A stretch of DNA of 62,866 nucleotides, filler included, from Phoronis australis (Eukaryota; Animalia; Phoronida): the NCBI GenBank assembly GCA_002633005.1. It is 3 parts of 3 records of this genome, joined end to end, with 100 filler letters (N's around TTAATTAATTAA, not from the genome) between each part and the next. Parts side by side here need not be neighbours in the genome. Positions count along the whole stretch, not along the records: positions 40,738 to 62,866 come from NMRA01000819.1; 2 more parts are not named here. The stretch is one strand, 5' to 3'. The position numbers and the translations under genes were made by a program. The notes below the pieces were generated by a model. That model was not told where the DNA came from. It worked only from the letters and a program-made list of their open reading frames with translations, and made no database searches. Positions 61,906 to 62,866 of this stretch are shown piece after piece; within the stretch, counting starts at the first letter, position 1, and each line of letters opens with the position of its first letter.

Positions 61906-62107
61906 GGGGCTATTCGGAAAATCTACAATAACTAGAGGGCGTGCGTGTACTAGTGGTGATAGATTAACAGCCTCGATTTCGCGAGCCCTTTAAATACATG
62001 GTGAAATGGCTTGCAGCCGTGCCAACTGAATCCGAGATTGCGTAAAAAGGGTGCTTCTATGAGGGGAAGTAAGCACGACCTCATACAAAGGTAAGGTTTG
62101 TGATAAT
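61906..62107 (+). mobile_element. PIF/Harbinger- or ISL2EU-type element end in the last AASDH intron
   Basis: Near-identical to 17235-17434. Confidence 0.7.
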
Positions 62108-62866
62108 TTTAACGATTATTCCATGCTTATTCAACCGATGCCTGTTAACTGAGGCACTCGCCGATGTCGACTTCGCGGCAGTCAGTCGCCAGCCAGAGTC
62201 TCGTTAATCTTCGTATGTTTTGATATGTGATTCGATACTGGACGTAGCAATCGGGATCTTTTCCTACATCAAAGCATTATTATTGTTTGTAATGATTTCT
62301 AAAAGTTTATCAGTGGCAGTTACATCAATCAATGCTGAATATTTATGCTGTCAACTCGATACAGGTTAAAGTTTGAGTTAAGATTACAATCCAATCCCAA
62401 TGGCAAAGGGTACGTGAGTGATAAATATCCATTGCATTAGACTATTTGTTTACTCCCTATCATATGTCTTCTGGAAATCTATTACACGTTGAAATGGTAA
62501 TCCATCACGTCAGTTTTCACGTAACGTTTGGTTTTTAGGTTTGAAGGCTTGTACCGTGCAGAGGAGATATGCATCGCTTCTGCACCGTCCCTGAATGGAC
62601 AAAAATTGGTTTTTAGCATTTGACTGCAGCTAACCAACAAGATCTTCCCATCCAGTGCAGATCTGTTGTCAAAGCCTACTTTCAATATTGGAGACAACGA
62701 ACAAAGCCTTTGAAAAGGAACAGCTATTTTTAAAGTCATTTTGTTAAATTACTTATTCAGGTCCCGAGGGCGGATTGGCATGGGGGGGTTGTAATATTTG
62801 GTACAACTGAATGTGTGGAAATAACAGGTAATACATGTTTGGGGAAAAGAGCATGGTGAGGTAATT

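Noticed and set aside
62482-62739. 85-aa minus-strand ORF as an upstream AASDH exon
   Set aside because: No convincing propeller motif or phase-0 donor compatible with 61824.

Overview
Eukaryotic, AT-rich animal genomic DNA; gene and transposon content suggest a marine invertebrate (inference). It comprises at least three contigs joined by 100-nt N44-TTAATTAATTAA-N44 spacers (22490-22589, 40638-40737), plus one plain gap inside a minisatellite. Genes read by hand from splice signals and translation: three internal ULK4 exons (+; 13.9-kb TE-filled intron), the first three coding exons of TMEM145 (-), an aldo-keto reductase with an intronless CDS (-), a ~480-aa coiled-coil protein (-), an intronless SOCS-box/ASB17-like gene (-) head-to-head with an unrecognised 4-exon, 190-aa multi-TM gene (+) around a perfect CRE, and the last exon of AASDH (-). 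The rest is a varied TE landscape: a decayed Academ element with ~390-bp TIRs, two Kolobok-type copies, an ISL2EU-type element and its MITE, hAT, pogo-type, CACTA-type and Helentron-type non-autonomous elements, LINE fragments and minisatellites. One locus is a three-level hAT > ISL2EU > Kolobok nest. No CRISPR array, tRNA or rRNA was found. Family assignments come from recalled motifs, not database searches.
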